64,000 bases of DNA, from assembly GCA_964537715.1 (NCBI GenBank), contig CAZIAH010000005.1, positions 4,465 to 68,464 on the forward strand. Reading direction: 5' to 3'. Shown here in pieces: positions 19,109-28,456 of the stretch. Position numbers and translations under genes: made by a program. The stretch comes from an uncultured bacterium (GTDB lineage Bacteria > Zhuqueibacterota > QNDG01 > DSAB01). A model generated the notes under the pieces. It made no database searches and was not told where the DNA came from. It saw only the letters and a list, made by a program, of their open reading frames with translations. Within the stretch, counting starts at the first letter, position 1, and the number at the start of each line of letters is the position of its first letter.

Positions 19109-21292
19109 TTACAAATCAACAATTTGAATACCATGGGGTTCAAGGCTTACTTCAACCGTATTCCCTTTATCATCAAATACCTTTGTTGTTTCCACATAGT
19201 CACTGCTGCTTATGACAACAAGTTTTTTATTTTTGGGATACCAGGCACAGTCGGTTTGAACATTACTGCATGTCCATGCTTTATATTCCGGTTCCATCCC
19301 GGCGCTGGTAAAAAGTGATCGATGCAGTAGGCGTGAGTTTTCTGGTGAAAATTTAAATCCGGACAGGTAGATTGCTTTTCCTTTGCCGAATGAATGCAGG
19401 GTAATTTGTGGGGAACCATCTTTCTCTGCCAATACAGTTGTCTCTTTGCTAAGCACAAAAATGTTATCAATATCTTTACCAAAATCGATGTCGCCACTTA
19501 TATCTTCCAGAATAAAATGCTTTGATGAAGCCGTGACCGGCAATTTAACATTACACATCGTCAACCCAATTTCGCGGTCAACACCAAGCAGATGCGCCAA
19601 CTGGAAATATTGACTCGAACATTTTACCGCTGAGGGTTCACCGATTCCTATAAATCCGCCGCCATTCGCAACCCATTTGGTGATCGCTTCAATCACTTTC
19701 GCGTCTTTCCAGTAATCACCGCCGCTCCATGCGGTTCCACCCTTTCCGGCATTGATGATAACATCTGTACCTTCGGGAATGCCATTTTCCAGAATATCCC
19801 TGAAACCTGTAAACGAAACATCCACTGGTAATCCGGCAAGGGATTCCGTAACCTCATAAATTTCAACGCCGGGTATAAAGTGACCGACGTAATCCCATGA
19901 ACGCCATTTACCCCACGCAGTAAGAACAACAACTTTCAGCGGTGCAACATATGGCCCTCCATCTGCGTGAAATTGTTGAAACGTGCGGAACTCATTGGCA
20001 ATATGATCAATCGCTTCAACAAACTCAGGAAAGTCCTGCACAAGATGCAGGTAGCCACCCAAACCGATACGGTCAATGGGTATGCGAAGCAGACCGCGGC
20101 GTATGTTGGCCCAGAAATGCTTGGCATCCAGCGCCGGATCGCCTCCTTCCATAAAAGTTGGTTCGCCTTTTAAACCAGTTGGGAACAGGTAAGGATGCAA
20201 ACGCAGCTCTTTGGTTTTTACACCTTTCACACCTGCGCAAAGTCTGGCTTCAAACGCATTGAATACACACTTGATTAAACCATCAAATCCAAACTCTTTA
20301 TACCGATCGCCCCAGGGCTCGGTGCCAACCCAATGATCATCGTAAAACATATAAGCCACTTTACCGGATTCGTGGACTAAGTCAATACACTTGCGACCAA
20401 AACTGACGACAAACTCATTCATAAAATCCATCCAGTCCCACAAGCGGTCGGAAGGTACATTATGGCTGGAGCAGTAAGCACCGTTGCTGACAAAATCTTC
20501 ACTGGTCATCTGGTAGCCTTTGGTTTCGGCAAACAAACGCATGGCACGCGGGCTTACAGTCATCTCGTATGATCCCCAGTCGGCATAACGGAATTTCTGG
20601 ATTGAAGGATCGCCCCAGAACCAGGCAAAATTATAAAACAGGGATGTGAAGCGTACGATTTTTGTTTTGGGACGTTCATCAAGCCACTTTTTCAGTGTGC
20701 TGAGAATGGCTTCTTGCGCTTCCGGATAAATGGGATCGACGGGCATTTGGTGTTCGCGGTCACCCCAGTCATTGGTAATATGGTTGTACATGGAAATACC
20801 TTCCCATATACGGTAGGCTAAAAAGTTAATCGTGTATTTGTGCCACCTTTGGACATTTTTAATAGTCACACTACCATTCGTTGTATCAAATACCCATAAC
20901 TCTTTCGGTACTTCTTCGCCGGTCGTACGGTCAAACACCTGCCACCATGCTTTGGGATCATCATTGGCATTCACTTCAAATTGTTCACGGAAGAAACCTT
21001 TCAGCAAATCGATTGTAATCGTTTTACTTTCTGCCACTACCGGATCGCTCATCAGATAGTTCTGTTGAAGTTTATCACGATTTGCTTTGGCCCACTCGTT
21101 ATCTGAACGGATCAGGCATATTGTAGAATAGATGGGATAATCCGCCTGAATAATTTTTTCAGATAATTGTATGCCGTCACTATCGCGAATAGCATCTGCA
21201 CCCCAACGTTCCGCAAGTTCCAGGGTTAAATTTTCATATCCTGCCTCACCAGGCAAGGTAAAATTTCCTTTTAAATTCTGTTTATCAGTCAT
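19109..21292 (-). CDS. GH112 phosphorylase (lacto-N-biose / D-galactosyl-beta-1,4-L-rhamnose phosphorylase family), cytoplasmic
   Basis: 727 aa, no signal peptide. Many blocks recalled from Bifidobacterium LnpA are conserved: LELAERWGADAIRDSDG, VFDRTTGEEV, INFLAYRIWEGISMYNHITNDWGDREH, IVRFTSLFYNF, MTVSPRAM, HWVGTEPWGD, IDRIGLGGYLHLVQDFPEFVEAIDHIANEFR. Confidence 0.8.
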   Translation of the reverse strand: MTDKQNLKGNFTLPGEAGYENLTLELAERWGADAIRDSDGIQLSEKIIQADYPIYSTICLIRSDNEWAKANRDKLQQNYLMSDPVVAESKTITIDLLKGFFREQFEVNANDDPKAWWQVFDRTTGEEVPKELWVFDTTNGSVTIKNVQRWHKYTINFLAYRIWEGISMYNHITNDWGDREHQMPVDPIYPEAQEAILSTLKKWLDERPKTKIVRFTSLFYNFAWFWGDPSIQKFRYADWGSYEMTVSPRAMRLFAETKGYQMTSEDFVSNGAYCSSHNVPSDRLWDWMDFMNEFVVSFGRKCIDLVHESGKVAYMFYDDHWVGTEPWGDRYKEFGFDGLIKCVFNAFEARLCAGVKGVKTKELRLHPYLFPTGLKGEPTFMEGGDPALDAKHFWANIRRGLLRIPIDRIGLGGYLHLVQDFPEFVEAIDHIANEFRTFQQFHADGGPYVAPLKVVVLTAWGKWRSWDYVGHFIPGVEIYEVTESLAGLPVDVSFTGFRDILENGIPEGTDVIINAGKGGTAWSGGDYWKDAKVIEAITKWVANGGGFIGIGEPSAVKCSSQYFQLAHLLGVDREIGLTMCNVKLPVTASSKHFILEDISGDIDFGKDIDNIFVLSKETTVLAEKDGSPQITLHSFGKGKAIYLSGFKFSPENSRLLHRSLFTSAGMEPEYKAWTCSNVQTDCAWYPKNKKLVVISSSDYVETTKVFDDKGNTVEVSLEPHGIQIVDL

Positions 21293-21310
21293 TGCTATCT
21301 TTCAGGAAGT

Positions 21311-24214
21311 TTAATTCAATTCTCCAAAATAAAAATACAATGTCCGTTCATAAGTACTGTCAATCGTATTCTTTTTACTTGTTGGCCCCATCTGTTCGGG
21401 ATGCATATTGATACGTGTTGCCATCTGTGTACAGGTTGGCGGAATAAAATCGAGAAACGAAATATCGCCTGGTGGCAAAGATGGATAAGATTCTTTCCCA
21501 CGTAGTGAATAAAATTCAAATAATCGAACGAATAAATCATCCTGTTTGCTGGCAATATAGATTCTACCTTCAACTGTGTTCAACTCCATCCAGGCAACAT
21601 CTGAAAAGTAACCCTTAAATTCCGGGTACTTCCACGGCGATGTGCCGGTGAAGGTATTATTGTATGCGTCCTCCCACACATTAAGAGTCACACCTTGCAT
21701 CCTGTTTTTCCAGACACGGTATGGACCATTACCGAGCCATTTGGCGCTCAACACAAACTCCTCAGGATAATTAAAGCTGACACCGCTAAAATTGTATTGC
21801 CCATGCAATTCATACGAATAGGTCATTTCCAGCCAGCCGCTTGGGAACAGCTCCCAGCGCACCGTTTTCATACCACCTTCATACGCCGTTTCAACCACAT
21901 AGCCACCTTTTTCCCGGTGATGTTTCAATCCTGTAAAAGTTGAATTTCCTGTGCAAAAAACCGGACCGTTATTGAAATGAATTTCACGGTCTTTTTCACT
22001 AATATTAATTTTAATGTGCGTTAATAAGCCGTTTAGTTTACTTAAAGTAAGAAACTTACTACCTACGGTTAACACAAGCGATGTATCGTTCTCATCGATG
22101 TCGATTGAATTTTCATCTTCTCTTTTCACAATGGATTTTATTAACGATTCGTTGTTTTGAATCTTCCAGGACCATGTGTAAATATCCTGTCCGGTTGGAT
22201 CGACAGCCTTCAATAGCAAAGCTTCTGCATTTTGCCAGTCATCCGGTAAGGAAAAATTTAAATGACCACTGGTGTGCGGTTTTATATCTACTCCATTAAC
22301 CGATCCTTCGTTGATCAGGTTATAGCCCTTCCGCGTCTCTTCCGGTTTGGGGAACTCTACTAATTTCCAGTTAAACGAGCACTGGTTGAGATTGATAAAA
22401 TCGAACCGGTTTTCCACAGGAATATTTCCGTCAAATGAATCCGGCAATTCATTCATTTCGATGTGAACAGGAGAAAAAATCTGCTTTATCGCATTGAAGC
22501 TGCCTTCCTTTTCACGATGTGGACCCAAAATGCCATCCGGGGCATTGACACCATTCACATCGATGATGCCGCCAAGATCGGTTCGGACAACGCCTTCATC
22601 TAATAACGCCCAAATAAATCCACCACCTGATTTCGCCGCTTTCCACATCAGTTCCCAGTAATCATACAACCCTGCGCCGCCACCCCCATCAAACTGGCTG
22701 TGCTGGAATTCCGTTGGCATATAAATATTCTCTTGCTTAAAAAGCCATTGCATGCCGCTGTACTTTTCATAATGATTGGTGTCAATATGATTAAAAGCAT
22801 ATCCCGGTTTAAAATGCGGATGAATCACTGTTCTGTTTGAAGGATCATATCTTAAGAAATCGTCATCCAACTCTTTATTGGTTCCCCCTTCATTGCCATT
22901 GCTCCAGAAAATCACCGAAGGATGATTCACATCGCGGATAACCATTTCACGAACCAATATTTCTCCAATCGCTGTATCATAAGCATTGTGCCAGCCAGCT
23001 AATTCATCAATTACATACAATCCAAGCGAATCGCAATAATCTAGAAAACTCTGATCCGGTGGATAATGTGAGCAACGCACGGCATTCATATTCATTTCTT
23101 TGATAAGCTTTACATCCATCAAATCGATGCCTTTGTTGAGACAACGTCCTGTTTCCGGCCAAAAGGCATGACGGTTGATGCCTTTCATTTTGACTTTAAC
23201 CCCATTAATATAGATACCATCTTCCGGCCGGACCTCTATCATCCGAAAACCAAATTTTTCCTTTGTTTGATAAAGAATATGTTCACTGTCTTTTAAATAA
23301 ATATCAGCCTTATATAAAGTTGGTGATTCACTACTCCACAGATATGGATCATTTAATTTTGTTCTTAGGGTTACTTTAGAATTGCCTTTGCCTGTCTTTA
23401 CAGAAATGGATTTTACAATCTTGTTCTCAGGCTCAATAATTTCTGCAATGATCTCTCTTTCATCCTGCACGTTTTGGGGAAAAACATCTATACTAAACGA
23501 ACCATCTGCTTTGGCCACGATAGCCGTTCGCTCAATGTGTTCCCTGGGATAGGCTTCTAAGTACACCGGACGAAAAATCCCACCGAAAATCCAATAATCT
23601 GCATAGCGTTCAGAGCGGTTCACGGATTCGTTGGATGACATCTTACTCACCATAACTTCAAGCTGATTGGACTTATCAAAATAAAGCGCATCGGTTATGT
23701 TATAAGTGAACCTGTAAAAAGCGCCCTGGTGCACATCGCCCGCAGATTGGCCATTAATTTTAACTTCCGTATCCGTCATAGAGCCTTCAAATACAATAAA
23801 TATCTCTTTGCCGCGCCATGATTCAGGAACGGAAAATGTGTGTTTATAAAGTCCTTCTTCATTCGCATATTTGAATTGCGGGCCATACGTATAATAATCT
23901 CGACCATAATTGTAACTGCCAAAACCCTGTTGTTCCCAATGAGACGGAACTTCAATTTTTGTCCAGTAACCGCTCTTGCGCCCGCCGGTACAGAAAAAAT
24001 CCCAGGTAACAGTTCTCTCATTATCGATTCCTGAAAGGTATTGAATCTGCTTTTCAGACGATGGTTTTGAAAAGATACTGACAGGGTATAAAGCGCAAGT
24101 AAGAATCAGAGTGAAAAAATAATTGATTAAAACCTTAATATTGTATTTACCTTTCTTGAAATCATTTCCAACCAAATCAAAAGCTCTAAGTAAAATAAAC
24201 TCTGACAAGGGCAT
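21311..24214 (-). CDS. GH2 beta-galactosidase-type glycoside hydrolase, secreted; start codon uncertain
   Basis: 967 aa. GH2 motifs GINRHAFWPETGRCL, VIFWSNGNEG and ELAGWH. Hydrophobic signal-like segment only after residue ~25 (NIKVLINYFFTLILTCALYPVSIFS). The annotated ATG (24212-24214) lies inside the loop of an upstream terminator hairpin. A TTG at about 24175 is an alternative start. Confidence 0.8.
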   Translation of the reverse strand: MPLSEFILLRAFDLVGNDFKKGKYNIKVLINYFFTLILTCALYPVSIFSKPSSEKQIQYLSGIDNERTVTWDFFCTGGRKSGYWTKIEVPSHWEQQGFGSYNYGRDYYTYGPQFKYANEEGLYKHTFSVPESWRGKEIFIVFEGSMTDTEVKINGQSAGDVHQGAFYRFTYNITDALYFDKSNQLEVMVSKMSSNESVNRSERYADYWIFGGIFRPVYLEAYPREHIERTAIVAKADGSFSIDVFPQNVQDEREIIAEIIEPENKIVKSISVKTGKGNSKVTLRTKLNDPYLWSSESPTLYKADIYLKDSEHILYQTKEKFGFRMIEVRPEDGIYINGVKVKMKGINRHAFWPETGRCLNKGIDLMDVKLIKEMNMNAVRCSHYPPDQSFLDYCDSLGLYVIDELAGWHNAYDTAIGEILVREMVIRDVNHPSVIFWSNGNEGGTNKELDDDFLRYDPSNRTVIHPHFKPGYAFNHIDTNHYEKYSGMQWLFKQENIYMPTEFQHSQFDGGGGAGLYDYWELMWKAAKSGGGFIWALLDEGVVRTDLGGIIDVNGVNAPDGILGPHREKEGSFNAIKQIFSPVHIEMNELPDSFDGNIPVENRFDFINLNQCSFNWKLVEFPKPEETRKGYNLINEGSVNGVDIKPHTSGHLNFSLPDDWQNAEALLLKAVDPTGQDIYTWSWKIQNNESLIKSIVKREDENSIDIDENDTSLVLTVGSKFLTLSKLNGLLTHIKINISEKDREIHFNNGPVFCTGNSTFTGLKHHREKGGYVVETAYEGGMKTVRWELFPSGWLEMTYSYELHGQYNFSGVSFNYPEEFVLSAKWLGNGPYRVWKNRMQGVTLNVWEDAYNNTFTGTSPWKYPEFKGYFSDVAWMELNTVEGRIYIASKQDDLFVRLFEFYSLRGKESYPSLPPGDISFLDFIPPTCTQMATRINMHPEQMGPTSKKNTIDSTYERTLYFYFGELN

Positions 24215-24230
24215 GAAACCCTTGTCAGAG
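24186..24230 (-). terminator. Rho-independent terminator downstream of the duplicated-domain T9SS protein gene
   Basis: Perfect 12-bp stem CTCTGACAAGGG / CCCTTGTCAGAG (24200-24211 and 24219-24230) with 7-nt loop. On the minus strand it is followed by UUUAUUUUACUU. 13 nt after the stop at 24243. Confidence 0.7.
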
Positions 24231-24242
24231 TTGTTGTCTTCC

Positions 24243-26558
24243 TTATTTCAGCAACATCATCTTCTTAACTTTAACGAAGTCACCAGATTCAATGCGGTAA
24301 AAATAGATACCAGATGAAAATGATGCAGCTTTGAATGAAACAGTGTAGACACCGGCAGCCTTTTCCTGATCTACTAATGTAGTAACAACTTGACCTAACG
24401 CATTATAGATCTTTAATGTTGTCTTGCCTGCTTTCGGTAAGCTATACTTAATAATGGTCTCCGGGTTAAACGGATTTGGATAGTTTTGCTCAAGAGCATA
24501 AACTGTCGGGATTGTACTGTTAGCTTCAGCAACCGAAGTCGGTTCTTCAACTTTCCCAAGCTCAGCCATACGGGCAACTTCATTGAAGAAGACTTGCTGG
24601 GCATCATCAGAGAAGTTATCGTAATTGAATGGGCCTGCTGCCGTTTCATAAAAATGGTCATTACCGTTTCCAATTAAAGTACGGTAGCCAGCAGCATAGT
24701 CACCCGCGCCATCGTAAAACTCTGTCCACGGATCCCAACGTACAAAGAACACATTGGAGTTGCTGGCAGAGCGCGCTAATACTGTGCCGTTACCGCCATC
24801 TGTGGTCACAATATAATCGTATGGAGTAGAACACCAATCCATCGTACTATCCGCTGCAAGAGTGGCACCGGCGAATACAGCATCATCCGGGGTTTCTATT
24901 TTGGCGCTAACGGTTTCACCAGCAACATCGTACGTAGTGATCGAGGTTGATTGTAGCCAGTTTAATCTGTTGCTGCGAGCAGCCCATGGCGTCATCAGCA
25001 CTAAAGGAGAAGTGATGGCGTTCCATGTCGGTTTTTTTGATGCATCAAAGTTTCCGCTAAGAGGTGAACGTGCGACGATAACCAAATCAGCAGCATTCAA
25101 AGTATCAATCAGGCCCTGGGAAGCTTGGCTAAGATCTGCGCTGAATACTGTGCTAACAGCATATCCCTGTGCTTCTAATCCATCAATTAAATATTGGTCA
25201 GCGTGTTCTTGTATATCAGGATTCATCTTGGCGGGATCGCTGAAAAGAACAATTTCTTTGTCCAAACCTACCGGTTTTTCAACTTTTCCAAGCTCAGCCA
25301 TACGGGCAACTTCATTGAAGAAGACTTGCTGGGCATCATCAGAGAAGTTATCGTAATTGAATGGGCCTGCTGCCGTTTCATAAAAATGGTCATTACCGTT
25401 TCCAATTAAAGTACGGTAGCCAGCAGCATAGTCACCCGCGCCATCGTAAAACTCTGTCCACGGATCCCAACGTACAAAGAACACATTGGAGTTGCTGGCA
25501 GAGCGCGCTAATACTGTGCCGTTACCGCCATCTGTGGTCACAATATAATCGTATGGAGTAGAACACCAATCCATCGTACTATCCGCTGCAAGAGTGGCAC
25601 CGGCGAATACAGCATCATCCGGGGTTTCTATTTTGGCGCTAACGGTTTCACCAGCAACATCGTACGTAGTGATCGAGGTTGATTGTAGCCAGTTTAATCT
25701 GTTGCTGCGAGCAGCCCATGGCGTCATCAGCACTAAAGGAGAAGTGATGGCGTTCCATGTCGGTTTTTTTGATGCATCAAAGTTTCCGCTAAGAGGTGAA
25801 CGTGCGACGATAACCAAATCAGCAGCATTCAAAGTATCAATCAGGCCCTGGGAAGCTTGGCTAAGATCTGCGCTGAATACTGTGCTAACAGCATATCCCT
25901 GTGCTTCTAATCCATCAATTAAATATTGGTCAGCGTGTTCTTGTATATCAGGATTCATCTTGGCGGGATCGCTGACAAGAACGATTTCTTTAGGATTCCA
26001 ATCAGTACTAGGATTAAAAGTATCGCTGGTTGTTACAATGATATGATCTATGGCAGCCCCTCTTTCTCTGAGATAAATTGTCAATGTATGAGCTCCTGCA
26101 GTAGGAATATTAAAGGAAGTAGGTCCCTTTACCCATTCCCATACTCCGTAACTTCCATGTGGAATCATATCGTTTTGACTAGCAATACTATCACCTAGGC
26201 CATAGTAGAATGAGTCATTCTGTCCATCAATAAAATACTTGCGGACCCAGATGTAGTGTGCGCCGGTTTTCGTGAAGTTTATATTATAAGATAAAGCAGG
26301 CGCATCAGTCTCAGCCGTTGTATTTGGATTATAAACTCCAGCATCCGTACCTTGCATATAGCTTGAACCTAAAAATCCTGCAAAAGTGGTTGAATCAGCA
26401 AAAGTATCACCCTTGGATCCATCGCGCAGCGAATCATAGTCTTCAGCCGGCATTGTGACTAAACCAAGAAAATCAGATTTCTGGGTGAAGTCGGCGTATG
26501 CGCTGCTAAAACAAAGCAGCACTAATGATAACAGAATGAAAGATAACTTATCTCGCAT
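24243..26558 (-). CDS. T9SS-secreted protein: N-terminal beta-sandwich (CBM-like) domain, two near-identical 244-aa alpha/beta repeat domains, T9SS CTD; no recognisable catalytic domain
   Basis: ORF track start is GTG 26636. Preferred ATG at 26558 is preceded by AAGGAGGAGGAA and gives signal peptide MRDKLSFILLSLVLLCFSSAYA. Internal 732-bp tandem duplication (see the repeat feature). C-terminal LEQNYPNPFNPETIIKYSL...LLK. Confidence 0.6.
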   Translation of the reverse strand: MRDKLSFILLSLVLLCFSSAYADFTQKSDFLGLVTMPAEDYDSLRDGSKGDTFADSTTFAGFLGSSYMQGTDAGVYNPNTTAETDAPALSYNINFTKTGAHYIWVRKYFIDGQNDSFYYGLGDSIASQNDMIPHGSYGVWEWVKGPTSFNIPTAGAHTLTIYLRERGAAIDHIIVTTSDTFNPSTDWNPKEIVLVSDPAKMNPDIQEHADQYLIDGLEAQGYAVSTVFSADLSQASQGLIDTLNAADLVIVARSPLSGNFDASKKPTWNAITSPLVLMTPWAARSNRLNWLQSTSITTYDVAGETVSAKIETPDDAVFAGATLAADSTMDWCSTPYDYIVTTDGGNGTVLARSASNSNVFFVRWDPWTEFYDGAGDYAAGYRTLIGNGNDHFYETAAGPFNYDNFSDDAQQVFFNEVARMAELGKVEKPVGLDKEIVLFSDPAKMNPDIQEHADQYLIDGLEAQGYAVSTVFSADLSQASQGLIDTLNAADLVIVARSPLSGNFDASKKPTWNAITSPLVLMTPWAARSNRLNWLQSTSITTYDVAGETVSAKIETPDDAVFAGATLAADSTMDWCSTPYDYIVTTDGGNGTVLARSASNSNVFFVRWDPWTEFYDGAGDYAAGYRTLIGNGNDHFYETAAGPFNYDNFSDDAQQVFFNEVARMAELGKVEEPTSVAEANSTIPTVYALEQNYPNPFNPETIIKYSLPKAGKTTLKIYNALGQVVTTLVDQEKAAGVYTVSFKAASFSSGIYFYRIESGDFVKVKKMMLLK
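24538..26001 (-). repeat. In-frame tandem duplication, two copies of 732 bp (244 aa), inside CDS 24243..26558
   Basis: Copy A about 24538-25269, copy B about 25270-26001. The copies are identical except about 5 substitutions clustered at the copy boundaries. Plus-strand antisense ORFs are duplicated with an offset of exactly 732 (24629/25361 and 24862/25594). Confidence 0.9.
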
Positions 26559-26758
26559 TTCCTCCTCCTTCATTTTGTTGTACGAGTTAATGTGATTCAT
26601 GACCTTTACTTCCTGAATTGTTATAAGAAATCTCACCTCCTTTCTTCAATAAATTTTTGATGAAAATATTAAAGCAAATGATAGATTTAAAAATAAATAT
26701 ATATTTGCCTTCACCGATAATCATACACCTGGCATATATTAATTATGGATGTACGAAC

Positions 26759-28456
26759 TTACTTTAAAAGTAGCATCTTCTTTTGAATCCAATAAGATCC
26801 TGATGAGTTTAAAATTTTTAAACGATAAAAATAAATTCCCGATGAAACTTGCTCCCCTGAATCATTTCTGCTGTCCCATTGTACTCTGAATTCACCTTCA
26901 TTCTGGTATTGTTGAGCAAGAGTCTTTACTTTTTGACCAGCACAGTTATAAACATTTAAAGTTACATGAGCAGGTTTATCCAGAGCATAACGAATTGTAG
27001 TTGTCGGATTGAATGGATTCGGATAATTCTGAAATAAGCTCATATTATCAGGCACGATTTTATTTTTATCCTCAACGGCTGTAGTGTTCTCAACTTCAAA
27101 TGCTCCAAGATCGGGTGCATTATTAAGAAAGGGGAATCCAATATCCACACCGGCGTCAATAATGGCACTTCCGGGAGCCGGACGTAAAAAATCAATGTCA
27201 GGTAAACTGCCATTCTCTTTGCGGGGCGACGTTAATAAATCCATATCAAGACTTATAAAATCGTCATCTGATAGAGTGATTGGCAAATCAAATGAATTGT
27301 ATTCCGAAGTATTTTGGGCGGTATCGATATACGCTGTATGCTTATATCCTATTACCTTCTGATAACTTAGGTTGTTTTTAAGCACATGATCATAGCCATC
27401 ACCGTCAATATTATCTGCATCGTCACGGCTTGGACGGTTTAACATATTAAAATTGGTTACATTCAGATAGGCTGAATTGTTGAACCAGTCATTTCCTGCT
27501 AAATGATGGTTAGAATAGAATCCATTAGCTTTATTCTTCACGGCAACACAAAACCTGACAGTATTTCTTGGAACCGGATCAGGGATTTTATCTGCTGTAT
27601 CATGCGCATATCCGCCTGCTTTAAAACCGTTTCCATCTCCCAGACTTTGAAAGTTTGATGAATATCCGTTATAAAAAGCCCAGCAACTGTCAAAAACAAC
27701 GGATTCATCGGCGCGGATAATATCAAAGCCGTCATCACTGTTAAACCAGGCGCGGCAGCCTCTAAAAACATTACCGGCGCCACCAGCATCGGGATGACAG
27801 CCAAAACCATCACAATTGCTGCCCAATCCATCTTCCGAAACATTATCCCAATTTCGATACGAATCACAATTTAAAAACAAATTGCCGCCACCTTTATAGT
27901 GACGCAGCCCGGTGCCAACATTGTTGTGCATGCTGATCTGTTCATATATATTATTATTCCCCCGGCTGTAAATACAATAAGACTCGGTGTGTGTTGTAAT
28001 GGTTACCTGAATGCCGGTCATTTCCAGCCCTTTAAGGTGAATATAACTTCCGGCCATCCAGATACCTACCACACGTTGATCGGCCGGCTTAACAGCGGAA
28101 AAATCAAAAACAGGCTGCTCACCCGGATATGCCCAGTACTTTATAGTTTGTCCGGCCAGGCCGCTTTTATCCAGATAACTAATACAGGCAAATAAATTCT
28201 GTTGAACGCTGGATATCTGGTTTTCCCGAACATTGTATAATCCGCCACGAATGTAAACTGTGTCACCTGGATTAACGAAGGTCTGAGCTTGTTGAATGGA
28301 TTCGACAGGTTGATCGATTGTTCCCGGATTTGAATCGTCTCCATCCGGCGCCACAAAATATTGAGATGCGAAAGAAAGATTTAGAATTGCCAAGATAAAT
28401 ATGGTGATTAAAATCAATCTCATAATTTCCCCATTTTTTTCAACTGGTTTTTTCAT
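26759..28456 (-). CDS. Right-handed beta-helix pectate-lyase-like protein (PL9-like candidate) with T9SS CTD
   Basis: 565 aa. Signal peptide. N-terminal YFVAPDGDDSNPGTIDQPVESIQQAQTFVNPGDTVYIRGGLY cap typical of PL9/pectate-lyase-fold proteins. Asn/Gly-rich coil repeats. C-terminal LFQNYPNPFNPTTTIRYAL tail. ATGA overlap with the downstream gene. An alternative ATG at 28423 is possible. Confidence 0.55.
   Translation of the reverse strand: MKKPVEKNGEIMRLILITIFILAILNLSFASQYFVAPDGDDSNPGTIDQPVESIQQAQTFVNPGDTVYIRGGLYNVRENQISSVQQNLFACISYLDKSGLAGQTIKYWAYPGEQPVFDFSAVKPADQRVVGIWMAGSYIHLKGLEMTGIQVTITTHTESYCIYSRGNNNIYEQISMHNNVGTGLRHYKGGGNLFLNCDSYRNWDNVSEDGLGSNCDGFGCHPDAGGAGNVFRGCRAWFNSDDGFDIIRADESVVFDSCWAFYNGYSSNFQSLGDGNGFKAGGYAHDTADKIPDPVPRNTVRFCVAVKNKANGFYSNHHLAGNDWFNNSAYLNVTNFNMLNRPSRDDADNIDGDGYDHVLKNNLSYQKVIGYKHTAYIDTAQNTSEYNSFDLPITLSDDDFISLDMDLLTSPRKENGSLPDIDFLRPAPGSAIIDAGVDIGFPFLNNAPDLGAFEVENTTAVEDKNKIVPDNMSLFQNYPNPFNPTTTIRYALDKPAHVTLNVYNCAGQKVKTLAQQYQNEGEFRVQWDSRNDSGEQVSSGIYFYRLKILNSSGSYWIQKKMLLLK

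Noticed and set aside
24486-26198. Duplicated plus-strand ORF sets (63/66/164 aa and 71/66/150 aa)
   Set aside because: They are antisense reflections of the 732-bp tandem duplication inside the minus-strand CDS, not independent genes.
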